Part shown: positions 10,350 to 18,599 of the stretch, piece after piece
How the letters are laid out: each line of letters opens with the position of its first letter
Position numbering within the stretch: the stretch's first letter is position 1
From: Microgenomates group bacterium
GTDB lineage: Bacteria; Patescibacteriota; Microgenomatia; UBA1400; MFAQ01
Direction: 5' to 3'
DNA: 64,000 bases
Assembly: GCA_049303575.1 (NCBI GenBank)
Contig: JBAQNH010000002.1
Coordinates: 444,541 to 508,540 of the forward strand
Notes under the pieces: model-generated
What the model was told of the DNA's origin: nothing
The model's database searches: none
Seen by the model: the letters and a program-made list of their open reading frames with translations, nothing else
Translations under genes and position numbers: made by a program

Positions 10350-10891
10350 TTTTTTATTTTATCCCAAACACCTGATCTATTAATAAGGCTCAGACTAAAC
10401 AAGTCAAATGGTTCGAAGAATTTTTCCAATATATGAAGGCATGCTTCTGCCACAGCACCCTCACCACCCCTCGCTTTTGTTACGTAGTCTGCCAATTCTT
10501 TTGTTTTATAAAACGCATTTGCAGGAGCGATACTGTATCCTACTTTTTTAAACACCAACGGGTCGTATATTCCGTCGCCCATATATATTGTCTCAGCAAG
10601 GTTGTATCTTTGTTCAATCCATTCAACTCGGTTGAAAGTGCTCACCAAATCTAAAGGAAGCTTCATGTCATCAGCAATCCTTTTCTTTGTTATGGCAAAC
10701 CCATTTTTATCACCGGAAATTGCGTGAATCACTAGTTTATCCTTTAATAAAGATAAAGCATCGTTATCCTCTGGTCCGAATTTTTTCATCACCTTTCCTT
10801 CGGTAGTATAGAAAAACGATCCATCAGTAAAAACACCATCGACATCGAGAATAAGATATTTAGGTTTCGTCATTTTTGTAGTTCTCTCCAT
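10346..10891 (-). CDS. HAD-IIIA phosphatase, KdsC/YrbI family (ulosonate/sugar-phosphate phosphatase)
   Basis: LILDVDGVFTDG is HAD motif I in the KdsC layout. The C-terminal MGDGIYDPLVFKKVGYSIAPANA is KdsC-like. Confidence 0.75.
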   Translation of the reverse strand: MERTTKMTKPKYLILDVDGVFTDGSFFYTTEGKVMKKFGPEDNDALSLLKDKLVIHAISGDKNGFAITKKRIADDMKLPLDLVSTFNRVEWIEQRYNLAETIYMGDGIYDPLVFKKVGYSIAPANAFYKTKELADYVTKARGGEGAVAEACLHILEKFFEPFDLFSLSLINRSGVWDKIKK

Positions 10892-12438
10892 AGATTTAAT
10901 TTACCAAAATAAAATAAGAACAAGTCAAATGGGTGATGATGAAGCGGAGACATATTAAGCCAAATTAGCGCAGAGAGTATTCTTACCTTTTTCTCGTTAA
11001 ATTGATTTTTATCAATAAAGTCAAACAAAACTTTTTGACATTGAACTAAATTTTCTTTTCTCAATATGTCGCAAGAAATCTTTCCTCCCTTTATATCAAT
11101 GGTAAAAAGATTTTCATTTACGATTCCGTGGTTCACTACCAAGTTGTGGTTTAGTTTTGCCAAATCATAATACTTATCACCAGATATGAGCAATCCTCCA
11201 AAATCCTGACGCCAGTCGAGTAGGGAATAGCCAGATTTTGTCTTAATTATATTGTCGAGTATAAAGTCACCATGGAACATACTCTGCTCCGCTTCACACA
11301 ACTCATTAAAATCTAACTTCTTAATTATTTCTTTTATTGAAGGAACAATCTCGCCATTAATAACGTCTTTTTGATCAACAATAGATCTAGAACTAAGAAA
11401 CTTATCTATTCTTTGAATTGTTTTTTTATAATAAAAATCTCTACAAATTGATTTGAACTTTTCATTACCAACCTCTTTAGTTTTTTTCCACAATTTTTTA
11501 TTTGCCCAATTTAAGAACTCTCGAAAGTCATTTGGATTTGCGACAGTTGAATATAGATCGCCTTGTGAATATTTATATTTAAAAAAGTTACTTTTCACAC
11601 CTTCTATTTTTGGAACCAATCCCTTAAGTATCTCTGCTCTTTTTACTCTCTTGGTTATGAGATCTTTATCCGAAAAAAACTTTACAACAAATTTATCAAA
11701 TATAAATATCGATTCTCCAAGCTTATCTAAAATATAAAAAGTATCATTTATTTCCTGTCTTGCTTTTTGTAAACACTCAACGTTTCCAGTGTCGTACCAC
11801 TTTTTAAAATCAACCGCTTTAAAACCAATCTCATTCTTAAACATGACATTTAAAGCCTTCACGTCATTTAATGATGAATCATTAGGATTTTTCTCGTATA
11901 GATTTCCAAGTGAAGACCAAAAGGCTTTAAAGTCGTTTATTCCCACAAGACCAATGTGTAGAAAATCAGGATCAAAATTTCCTTTGTCATATATTTCCTT
12001 AACTTTTTCTTCGATGACATCGAATGAGGAATATGCAGATGACCCTTCTCCTTTAAATCCTCCAATCCAGTTCTGGTTTGGAACCGGAATTTTTTGATCC
12101 ATCACGAGGGTGTCAGCTGCATGATAAATAAACGGACACATAAGAGCTTTCTTCGCCTTCAGCATTGAGTACCCGAGACTAGTTCCTGGACCCTCGTATT
12201 TATCCACTGTCACAAACTCGAAAGTTCTGTCCGGATATACCAGCTCCAAAAAGTCTCTTACCTGATTACCAAAATACCCAAGAGTAATAACAAACTCAGT
12301 TTTTTTTGGATAGGCCTCAATAATGTATGAAATCGCTGGTTTTTTCCCCACCTTAACTAAAGATTTATTCGTATATTGAGTAATTTCACCCAATCTAGAT
12401 CCAGTCCCCGATGTAGTAACTAGTACTTTAAATTTCAT
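10870..12438 (-). CDS. Bifunctional nucleotidyltransferase (N-term) / APH-ChoK-fold kinase (C-term) fusion; substrate unknown
   Basis: N-terminal TTSGTGSRLGE...SLVKVGKKPAISYII is an NTP-transferase G-x-G-T-R-L fold of LicC/RmlA type. C-terminal HGDFILDNII is the Brenner catalytic loop of APH/choline-kinase-like enzymes. Confidence 0.6.
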   Translation of the reverse strand: MKFKVLVTTSGTGSRLGEITQYTNKSLVKVGKKPAISYIIEAYPKKTEFVITLGYFGNQVRDFLELVYPDRTFEFVTVDKYEGPGTSLGYSMLKAKKALMCPFIYHAADTLVMDQKIPVPNQNWIGGFKGEGSSAYSSFDVIEEKVKEIYDKGNFDPDFLHIGLVGINDFKAFWSSLGNLYEKNPNDSSLNDVKALNVMFKNEIGFKAVDFKKWYDTGNVECLQKARQEINDTFYILDKLGESIFIFDKFVVKFFSDKDLITKRVKRAEILKGLVPKIEGVKSNFFKYKYSQGDLYSTVANPNDFREFLNWANKKLWKKTKEVGNEKFKSICRDFYYKKTIQRIDKFLSSRSIVDQKDVINGEIVPSIKEIIKKLDFNELCEAEQSMFHGDFILDNIIKTKSGYSLLDWRQDFGGLLISGDKYYDLAKLNHNLVVNHGIVNENLFTIDIKGGKISCDILRKENLVQCQKVLFDFIDKNQFNEKKVRILSALIWLNMSPLHHHPFDLFLFYFGKLNLWRELQK

Positions 12439-13117
12439 TTTTCAATTTATTATCAATTGTTTTCCTGAACTCTTTGATTTTTACATTAACTTTCACGTCT
12501 GGCTTAAAGATTGAAGATGTACCACAGACAAGAATGTCTGCTCCTGCTTTAATCATTTCTGCTGCAGTATCCGGATTTACTCCACCATCAATTTCAATAA
12601 GAATCTTTTTTCCAGAAGTAATAATCTTTTCTTTCAAGTCCGAAATCTTCTTAAATATTCCAGGAATTACCTTATGTCCAACAATTCCAGGGTTTATAGC
12701 CATTAGCTCGACCATATCCACATCGTCTAGGATGTAGTCGAGAGCATTTAGTGGAGTCGCATAGTTCAAAACTACTCCTGCTTTAACGCCACACTCTCTA
12801 ATCTTTTTTAATGTTAGATGAAGATGTTTGCATGATTCGAAATGAACCGCAATGATATCTGCTCCAGCATCAGCAAACTCTTTAATGTATCTTCCGGGCT
12901 CTTCAGTCATCATATGAACATCGATAGGGAGATGAGAAACCTTCTTTATTGAAGATAATAGTTCAGGGTATAAGCCATATCTGGGAACAAAATTACCATC
13001 CATCATATCGAAATGGATATAATCAATTTTGCCTTTTTCTAAGTTTTTTACTTCTTTCCCAAACTCCAGGTGGTTTGCACAAATTAGAGAAGCTGATAGA
13101 TAGTATCTTTTTTTCAT
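12428..13117 (-). CDS. rpe: Ribulose-phosphate 3-epimerase
   Basis: IHFDMMDGNFVP, DVHMM, GVKAGVVLN, MAINPG, IDGGVN and AGADILVCGTSSIF are the canonical RPE motifs in the canonical order. Confidence 0.9.
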   Translation of the reverse strand: MKKRYYLSASLICANHLEFGKEVKNLEKGKIDYIHFDMMDGNFVPRYGLYPELLSSIKKVSHLPIDVHMMTEEPGRYIKEFADAGADIIAVHFESCKHLHLTLKKIRECGVKAGVVLNYATPLNALDYILDDVDMVELMAINPGIVGHKVIPGIFKKISDLKEKIITSGKKILIEIDGGVNPDTAAEMIKAGADILVCGTSSIFKPDVKVNVKIKEFRKTIDNKLKNEI

Positions 13118-13118
13118 A

Positions 13119-13673
13119 TTATTCCAAATTTGAGTGTCTTTTCCACATTGTTTCGTGAGTTTCTTTCATTTTTTCCATAAGTTCCAAAACCACGGCATCA
13201 TAAAATATTCCCAGACATTGTTCGTTCAAAGTAGTCATTGGTTGAATTGAAGAGAATCCATCAACCGACTTAGTTTTTGATGGGGCTTTTATCTGAACGA
13301 TAATATCAGCAAGTTTTCCAATTCTGGACTTTGGATCTCCTGTAACAAGTAACACTTTCGCTTTGTTTTTTTTGGCAATCAAAACCAAGTCATATATTGT
13401 TTGGGTTTCCCCAGATCCTGAACTGACAATAAATAAGTCTCCCTTACCTATTGAAGGAACCGTTGAGTCTCCCAAGGTATAAGCATTGAGTCCCAAATGA
13501 CCCAATCTCATTCCAAATCCTCTCGTGGCCATTCCTACTCGGCCAGCACCACACAAAACGATTTTATCTGCTTTCAAAATTGATGCCACTAATTGCTTGA
13601 TTTCTTTATTGTTCAAAGAATCTAACACAGTATCAATTTCTCTCAATATTCTTTTAATATAACTACTTATCAT
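13119..13673 (-). CDS. hxlB: SIS-domain sugar-phosphate isomerase, 6-phospho-3-hexuloisomerase (HxlB/PHI)-like
   Basis: CGAGRVGMATRGFGMRLGHLGLNAY, FIVSSGSGETQ and the C-terminal ...ETMWKRHSNLE align closely with remembered B. subtilis HxlB (AGAGRSGLMAKSFAMRLMHMG ... ETMFTHHANLE). Confidence 0.8.
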   Translation of the reverse strand: MISSYIKRILREIDTVLDSLNNKEIKQLVASILKADKIVLCGAGRVGMATRGFGMRLGHLGLNAYTLGDSTVPSIGKGDLFIVSSGSGETQTIYDLVLIAKKNKAKVLLVTGDPKSRIGKLADIIVQIKAPSKTKSVDGFSSIQPMTTLNEQCLGIFYDAVVLELMEKMKETHETMWKRHSNLE

Positions 13674-14997
13674 GTTTAACCAAATAATCTATTGACATAT
13701 TTATATATGATTTAATCAAATACTTTTGAATTATTATTACGATCATAGCATTTAATATGTACAAAATAACTAATGCTTGAACTGAAATAGCGTGAAAGAA
13801 TATTAATAATCCATATGCCAATATATGAAAAATATTTATCAAAGTTTGTAATAATACAAAATGTCGATATATTTCTTTTGATATAGATACAAGAATGTTT
13901 CCATTTATTGATAGATATACATAAAGTGCAGATAAAATTGAAAAACTCAGTACCAGATTTAGATTAATACTATACTTCGCACCAAACAATGAAATTGCAA
14001 CTAATATCACACCAATCATTAATATGATTAAAGGTAGTGAACAAATTAAAAATAATCTGTCGATTTTCTTTACCACTACCCTGTAGTTAATCCCAGAAAT
14101 TGAGGGAAGAAAAACATTAATAAACATTTGAGTTAACTGTGCCATCAGGTTAACTGACACCATATAATATGCACTGTAAATCCCCAAATCAGTGAAGGTT
14201 AAATATTTTACGATAATTAATTTGTCTATCGAATTAAAACCGACAGCTAATACAGTACCAATAAAGATTATCCTACCTAGTGATAATTGTTTTAATAGGG
14301 ATGAAAAATCAAAATGAGTTATATATGGAATAATTTTTTTAAAATAAATTGCCAACAACACCAGAAATCCGAAAATTAGGGATATTACAAAAAAATAATA
14401 GTCATGTCTATTCCCTAAAACAAAAGTAAAATAAAAAATAATTCCCAATATTAAAATCTCAGTAATTTTCCCAAAAAATTGATATCTAAATAAATGTAAA
14501 CCACGAATTATTGAATCAAGAAAGGCTTTATAACCTACCAATAATGAATAAATAAATGCAATTACAAAAAATGATTTTCCCAAAGAAAATCTCAAATTAA
14601 GATAATTTAGAGAAAAAATAAAAATGATTGTCAGCAATATAGAGGAAAGAAAAACAAAAAAAATCGAACTTGAAATTATTTTTTTTCGGTCAGTAATATC
14701 ATTGTTCTTAGATATTGATATCAAACTCGACACATCCAACCCGAATAACATTGGGACAATTAAGATTTGTGCGATTGTGGTAATGAGACTATATTTCCCA
14801 AATTCTTCAGGACCCATTAACCTCCCCGCATAAATATTTATTATCATCATAATTGCTGAGGCAGTAATTCCCCCAGCAACTGACCATGAAAGATGTCTCA
14901 GAAATTTTCTCATTTGATCGCTCATTTCATGCTGAAACAGCTTCAAATGTAAAATTTCGGCAACAGCGACAATACCCTTCTTAATTGTAGAAATCAT
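13663..14997 (-). CDS. Wzx-like polysaccharide flippase (MOP superfamily)
   Basis: A ~12-TM hydrophobic profile over 444 aa with no soluble domain. Its position as first gene of the glycan operon is typical for Wzx. Confidence 0.6.
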   Translation of the reverse strand: MISTIKKGIVAVAEILHLKLFQHEMSDQMRKFLRHLSWSVAGGITASAIMMIINIYAGRLMGPEEFGKYSLITTIAQILIVPMLFGLDVSSLISISKNNDITDRKKIISSSIFFVFLSSILLTIIFIFSLNYLNLRFSLGKSFFVIAFIYSLLVGYKAFLDSIIRGLHLFRYQFFGKITEILILGIIFYFTFVLGNRHDYYFFVISLIFGFLVLLAIYFKKIIPYITHFDFSSLLKQLSLGRIIFIGTVLAVGFNSIDKLIIVKYLTFTDLGIYSAYYMVSVNLMAQLTQMFINVFLPSISGINYRVVVKKIDRLFLICSLPLIILMIGVILVAISLFGAKYSINLNLVLSFSILSALYVYLSINGNILVSISKEIYRHFVLLQTLINIFHILAYGLLIFFHAISVQALVILYILNAMIVIIIQKYLIKSYINMSIDYLVKHDK

Positions 14998-15081
14998 GGA
15001 CTTATTGTATTTTAGTCTATATTTTCCTCATCTACACAGCTATGAGGAATATATAAATTTGAAAAGCTATAATAAAACCAG

Positions 15082-16632
15082 ATGTTTAGGAAATACGCTT
15101 TATATTTTTTTCCAATTTGCCTTTCACTATTAATCTCGATCAACTTTTTTTGGTCAGAATCATTTCTTTCTGGGTTTGATACCCCCTTCTATCTCTCGAC
15201 AATCAGAGATTTTGCTCGAGATGTGCCGAGTATTACCAACTATTTTATTCTTGATCGCTACTTGGTAATTGGGTTTCCAGCGTTACTTTCCAGATTGTTT
15301 AATCTTGATCCTGTGGCGTCATACCGAATCGCAATTACGGTAATTTCTGCAATTATTTCCATTCTTATTTCGAAACTGATGTTCAAGCTAACAAAATCGC
15401 GTCTGGCAGGAATTGCATTGGCATCAGCGGTGATTATTTCTCCATACCTTTTAACGTATTCATACATGCTTTTTGCCAATTACACGAGCTTTGTTATTTT
15501 ATTTGCCTTCTTTGCCATTGAGCTTGGTAAAGAGTTTCGACTTAAAAGTGTTGTTCTCGGGGTGGTACTAGGCTTAATATTTTATATCCACAATTTTTCT
15601 TCAGTGGCTTACAGTCTGGTCGTTGGTCTATATTTCATTTTTAAGTTAATCCTAGAGGACAATAGACTTTCTACTATTAAACGCGCGACCGTTATTTTAC
15701 TCATATCCTGTGTAATTGGTTTTTTCCAGATAATTAAGTATTTTCCAGTGACCCTACCACCATTTTTGACGGTTGCGTCATCGTCTTCGTTCGTCGGTTC
15801 TATTATTAATAAAATCAAAATCATTGCGCCTAGCCAACCAGCTGTATTAGGTGACGAGGTACAAAGAATCAAAGCCACATTTTTAGATGAAACAGGCAAG
15901 TATTGGTTAGTGTATTTTGTTTGTTTCTCATTGTTCGCATTTATCACCAAAAGAAAAGAAATAGTTCTTAATCTAAAAAAGTTTGCATTTCCCCTGGCCC
16001 TATTTATTGTTGGTCTAGTGTTTTCATTTCAACCCCTTGTTGGTCTAAATTTTCTACCGGAAAGATTTATTGGTCTTGTGATAATTTCCACCTTTTTCTT
16101 TTACGCCATTTTCCTGTCACTTTTTTCAAAAAGTAAAGTATTTAAAATTTTGGCCGTATTACCACTCTTGTTTACTTACCTTTCCTCGGACACAAAAATT
16201 CTTAATCGAGGCCCCGTATTCGTAAACGATATGGAAGTCTCTTTTTATCAAAAAATTGCACAAATCGTACCTAAAGAAAATTCATATATTTTACTTCCTA
16301 GTGGCAACTATTACTGGGCAAAATATTATCTTGATGGCTACACTTTTATGCCAGGTGATTACTTTATCGCTTGTGGTATTGTAAAAATACCAGATTATCA
16401 AAATTCTGCTGATGTCGCTTATGCAAAGTTACTATCAGAAAAAAGTGTCGAAGAGGCTCAACTCTTACTAAAAGCAACAAAAAATTCAATATACATGAAT
16501 ATCACGATCAAAAAACTATACATCATTACCAATCATTCAATGAACTGTAGTGAGGGATATGTATTGGACAAGCTAAGTGGTGTAAAACTAATTTTGAACA
16601 AGGATAATTTTTACCTATATGAAGTACTTTAA
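15082..16632 (+). CDS. Polytopic membrane protein with C-terminal soluble domain (candidate GT-C transferase or polymerase)
   Basis: About 11 TM segments, then a ~120 aa hydrophilic C-terminus. Divergent from the minus-strand glycan operon. Confidence 0.4.
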   Translation: MFRKYALYFFPICLSLLISINFFWSESFLSGFDTPFYLSTIRDFARDVPSITNYFILDRYLVIGFPALLSRLFNLDPVASYRIAITVISAIISILISKLMFKLTKSRLAGIALASAVIISPYLLTYSYMLFANYTSFVILFAFFAIELGKEFRLKSVVLGVVLGLIFYIHNFSSVAYSLVVGLYFIFKLILEDNRLSTIKRATVILLISCVIGFFQIIKYFPVTLPPFLTVASSSSFVGSIINKIKIIAPSQPAVLGDEVQRIKATFLDETGKYWLVYFVCFSLFAFITKRKEIVLNLKKFAFPLALFIVGLVFSFQPLVGLNFLPERFIGLVIISTFFFYAIFLSLFSKSKVFKILAVLPLLFTYLSSDTKILNRGPVFVNDMEVSFYQKIAQIVPKENSYILLPSGNYYWAKYYLDGYTFMPGDYFIACGIVKIPDYQNSADVAYAKLLSEKSVEEAQLLLKATKNSIYMNITIKKLYIITNHSMNCSEGYVLDKLSGVKLILNKDNFYLYEVL

Positions 16633-16807
16633 ACCACTCATTTTTGCTCTCACCACCGCAACATTGGATTTTTTCTACCGCGTTCTACGCCACCTTAAGG
16701 TCGATATCTGGTTCTTTGCCATTAGCTTCATGGTCTTTTTGACCATCTTTTTTGTCGTATTTAATAATCAAAAAGAATAATTAGTATCTATCTAGTAAAA
16801 TAAACAG

Positions 16808-17833
16808 ATGACCAAACCCAAAGTCGCTCTAATTGTTGGTGTTACTTCACAAGACGGTTCATACCTAGCCGATCTATTGCTTGAAAAAGGCTACAAAGTC
16901 GTTGGTACGATTCGACGTTCAACATCGACGGTTCAGCCAAACATTGAGCACCTCAAGGGTAAGATTATTCTCGAAGCCGCCGACCTGACTGATCAAGAAT
17001 CTCTCAACAGAGTCATGATTAAATATCAACCTGATGAGGTTTACAATATTGCTGCCCAAAGTGTTCCCGCCGACAGCTGGTCTCACCCCTTCTACACCGG
17101 AGAGGTGACCGCTCTTGGCCCCGTTCGTGTTTTTGAGGCCGTACGTCATTTTTGTCCAAACGCCCGCGTCTATCAAGCCACCTCCCGTGAGATTCTTGGC
17201 GGAGTTGAAGGGGTCGAGCATGCCAACGAAAAAACTCCCATTTTCGCCAACAACCCCTATGGCATTGCCAAGGCCTACGCCCACATGATGATTGATTGTT
17301 ATCGAAAGTCCTACGACATGTTTGTTTGCGGAGGCATTCTTTTTAATCACGAATCACCTCGTCGTTCACTTCACTTTGTCACCCGTAAGATTAGTATGGG
17401 TGTTGCCTGTATTAAGCTTGGTATCAAAAACCCACCTATCAATGAAATAGGTGAACCGTTGATTGACGCAGAAGGCAAACTTCATCTTGGGGATCTCTCG
17501 GCCGTCAGAGATTGGGGTTATGCCAAAGAATACGTTGAGGCTATGTGGCTTATGCTTCAACAACCTACTCCCAAGGATTATGTCATTGGTACTAACACGA
17601 GCTACTCCATTAAAGACGCTTGCAAGGCTGCCTTTGATCATGTTGGTCTTAACTGGGAAGATCACGTCATCTCGGACTCTAAACTTCTAAGACCAACAGA
17701 AATCAAAGCCATGATGGGAGATTCTTCTCTCGCCAAGAAAGAGCTTGGTTGGGAACCACGCACCTTCATGAAAGAGCTTATGGAAATAATGGTTGATAGC
17801 GACATTGCTCTCCTAAAAAAAGAAAACGGATGA
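16808..17833 (+). CDS. gmd: GDP-mannose 4,6-dehydratase
   Basis: ALIVGVTSQDGSYLADLLLEKGYKV Rossmann motif, NPYGIAKAYAHMM Y-x3-K and FNHESPRR are Gmd signatures. GC content rises abruptly at this gene. Confidence 0.9.
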   Translation: MTKPKVALIVGVTSQDGSYLADLLLEKGYKVVGTIRRSTSTVQPNIEHLKGKIILEAADLTDQESLNRVMIKYQPDEVYNIAAQSVPADSWSHPFYTGEVTALGPVRVFEAVRHFCPNARVYQATSREILGGVEGVEHANEKTPIFANNPYGIAKAYAHMMIDCYRKSYDMFVCGGILFNHESPRRSLHFVTRKISMGVACIKLGIKNPPINEIGEPLIDAEGKLHLGDLSAVRDWGYAKEYVEAMWLMLQQPTPKDYVIGTNTSYSIKDACKAAFDHVGLNWEDHVISDSKLLRPTEIKAMMGDSSLAKKELGWEPRTFMKELMEIMVDSDIALLKKENG

Positions 17834-18576
17834 TCCAACTAACCGACGAAGAGATTATCAACCGTTTCAATCTAAATTCCAAAGATAAAATCGTTGATAT
17901 TGGTGGAAGTATGCGTCAGCACGACAATCTGAATATTGATACTTTAGTTGATATTATCAGGCCGGAAGAAGCCCCCTATGGTCCGTCACCGCTTAAAGCA
18001 AAAAACTTCGTTAAATGTGACTTTACTAAACAAAAACTTCCTTTCCTCGATAAACAATTTGACTTTTGTATTTGTACTCACACCATAGAAGATCTCAGCA
18101 ACCCATTTTTCCTTTTGGATGAGATGTCTAGAATTGCCAAACGTGGATATATTTCGACGCCTTCGATGGGAAAAGATATGGTCTTTTCTCACTTGGATTA
18201 CACCAACTGGCTAACGGGAAGCAGGCGCGTTCCTGGTGACGGCCACCACAAGTGGTTTGTTGTTGATCAAAAGGGTGGAATCACCTTAATCCCCAAAAAC
18301 TATCCAATTCTCTATTCCAGCCATTTTAATTTTGTTGGCTGGTCTGGTGAAACAGAAATGCAATATTACTGGGAAAAACAAATCAATTACAAAGAAATAA
18401 ACGATTTGAATATCCACAAACTTATTGATTTTTATCAAAACTATGTCGATAAAAACAAGAAAAAACTAAAAAAATCTTTGGTTGTTATTTTTCTAGACTC
18501 TCCCTTTCATGTTATCAAAGCTCTCATTAAACTTATTCTTAGAAGGGGAAAAGGTTTCGGATATCGTCGAACTTAA
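17830..18576 (+). CDS. Putative class I SAM-dependent methyltransferase
   Basis: IVDIGGS (motif I-like), FDFCICTHTIEDLSNP and MSRIAKRGYIS are present. The gene is wedged between gmd and rmd with ATGA overlap. Confidence 0.45.
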   Translation: MIQLTDEEIINRFNLNSKDKIVDIGGSMRQHDNLNIDTLVDIIRPEEAPYGPSPLKAKNFVKCDFTKQKLPFLDKQFDFCICTHTIEDLSNPFFLLDEMSRIAKRGYISTPSMGKDMVFSHLDYTNWLTGSRRVPGDGHHKWFVVDQKGGITLIPKNYPILYSSHFNFVGWSGETEMQYYWEKQINYKEINDLNIHKLIDFYQNYVDKNKKKLKKSLVVIFLDSPFHVIKALIKLILRRGKGFGYRRT

Positions 18577-18599
18577 ATTATTATCATAAAATATATAAA

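Noticed and set aside
12428-13673. Interpreting rpe + hxlB as a complete RuMP formaldehyde-fixation or reverse-RuMP pentose pathway
   Set aside because: No hexulose-6-phosphate synthase (OMPDC-fold HxlA) is present in the window, and the genes sit inside a glycan operon. They are therefore treated as part of a sugar-nucleotide route. This needs a genome-wide check.
16633-16807. Hydrophobic in-frame read-through after the membrane-protein stop (…LDFFYRVLRHLKVDIWFFAISFMVFLTIFFVVFNNQKE*)
   Set aside because: It has no ATG or other plausible start until four codons before its end, and no RBS. It is probably just AT-rich spacer at the GC transition and is kept only as a note.
16919-17350. 143-aa minus-strand ORF inside gmd (and similar antisense ORFs at 30593-31006, 46458-46856, 50582-50953, 42572-42922)
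   Set aside because: Each lies entirely antisense to a strongly supported gene (gmd, a GT4, glmS, ftsI, the DUF4012-like gene). The proteins are low-complexity (G/V/N-rich), which is typical of shadow ORFs on the opposite strand of GC-richer genes.
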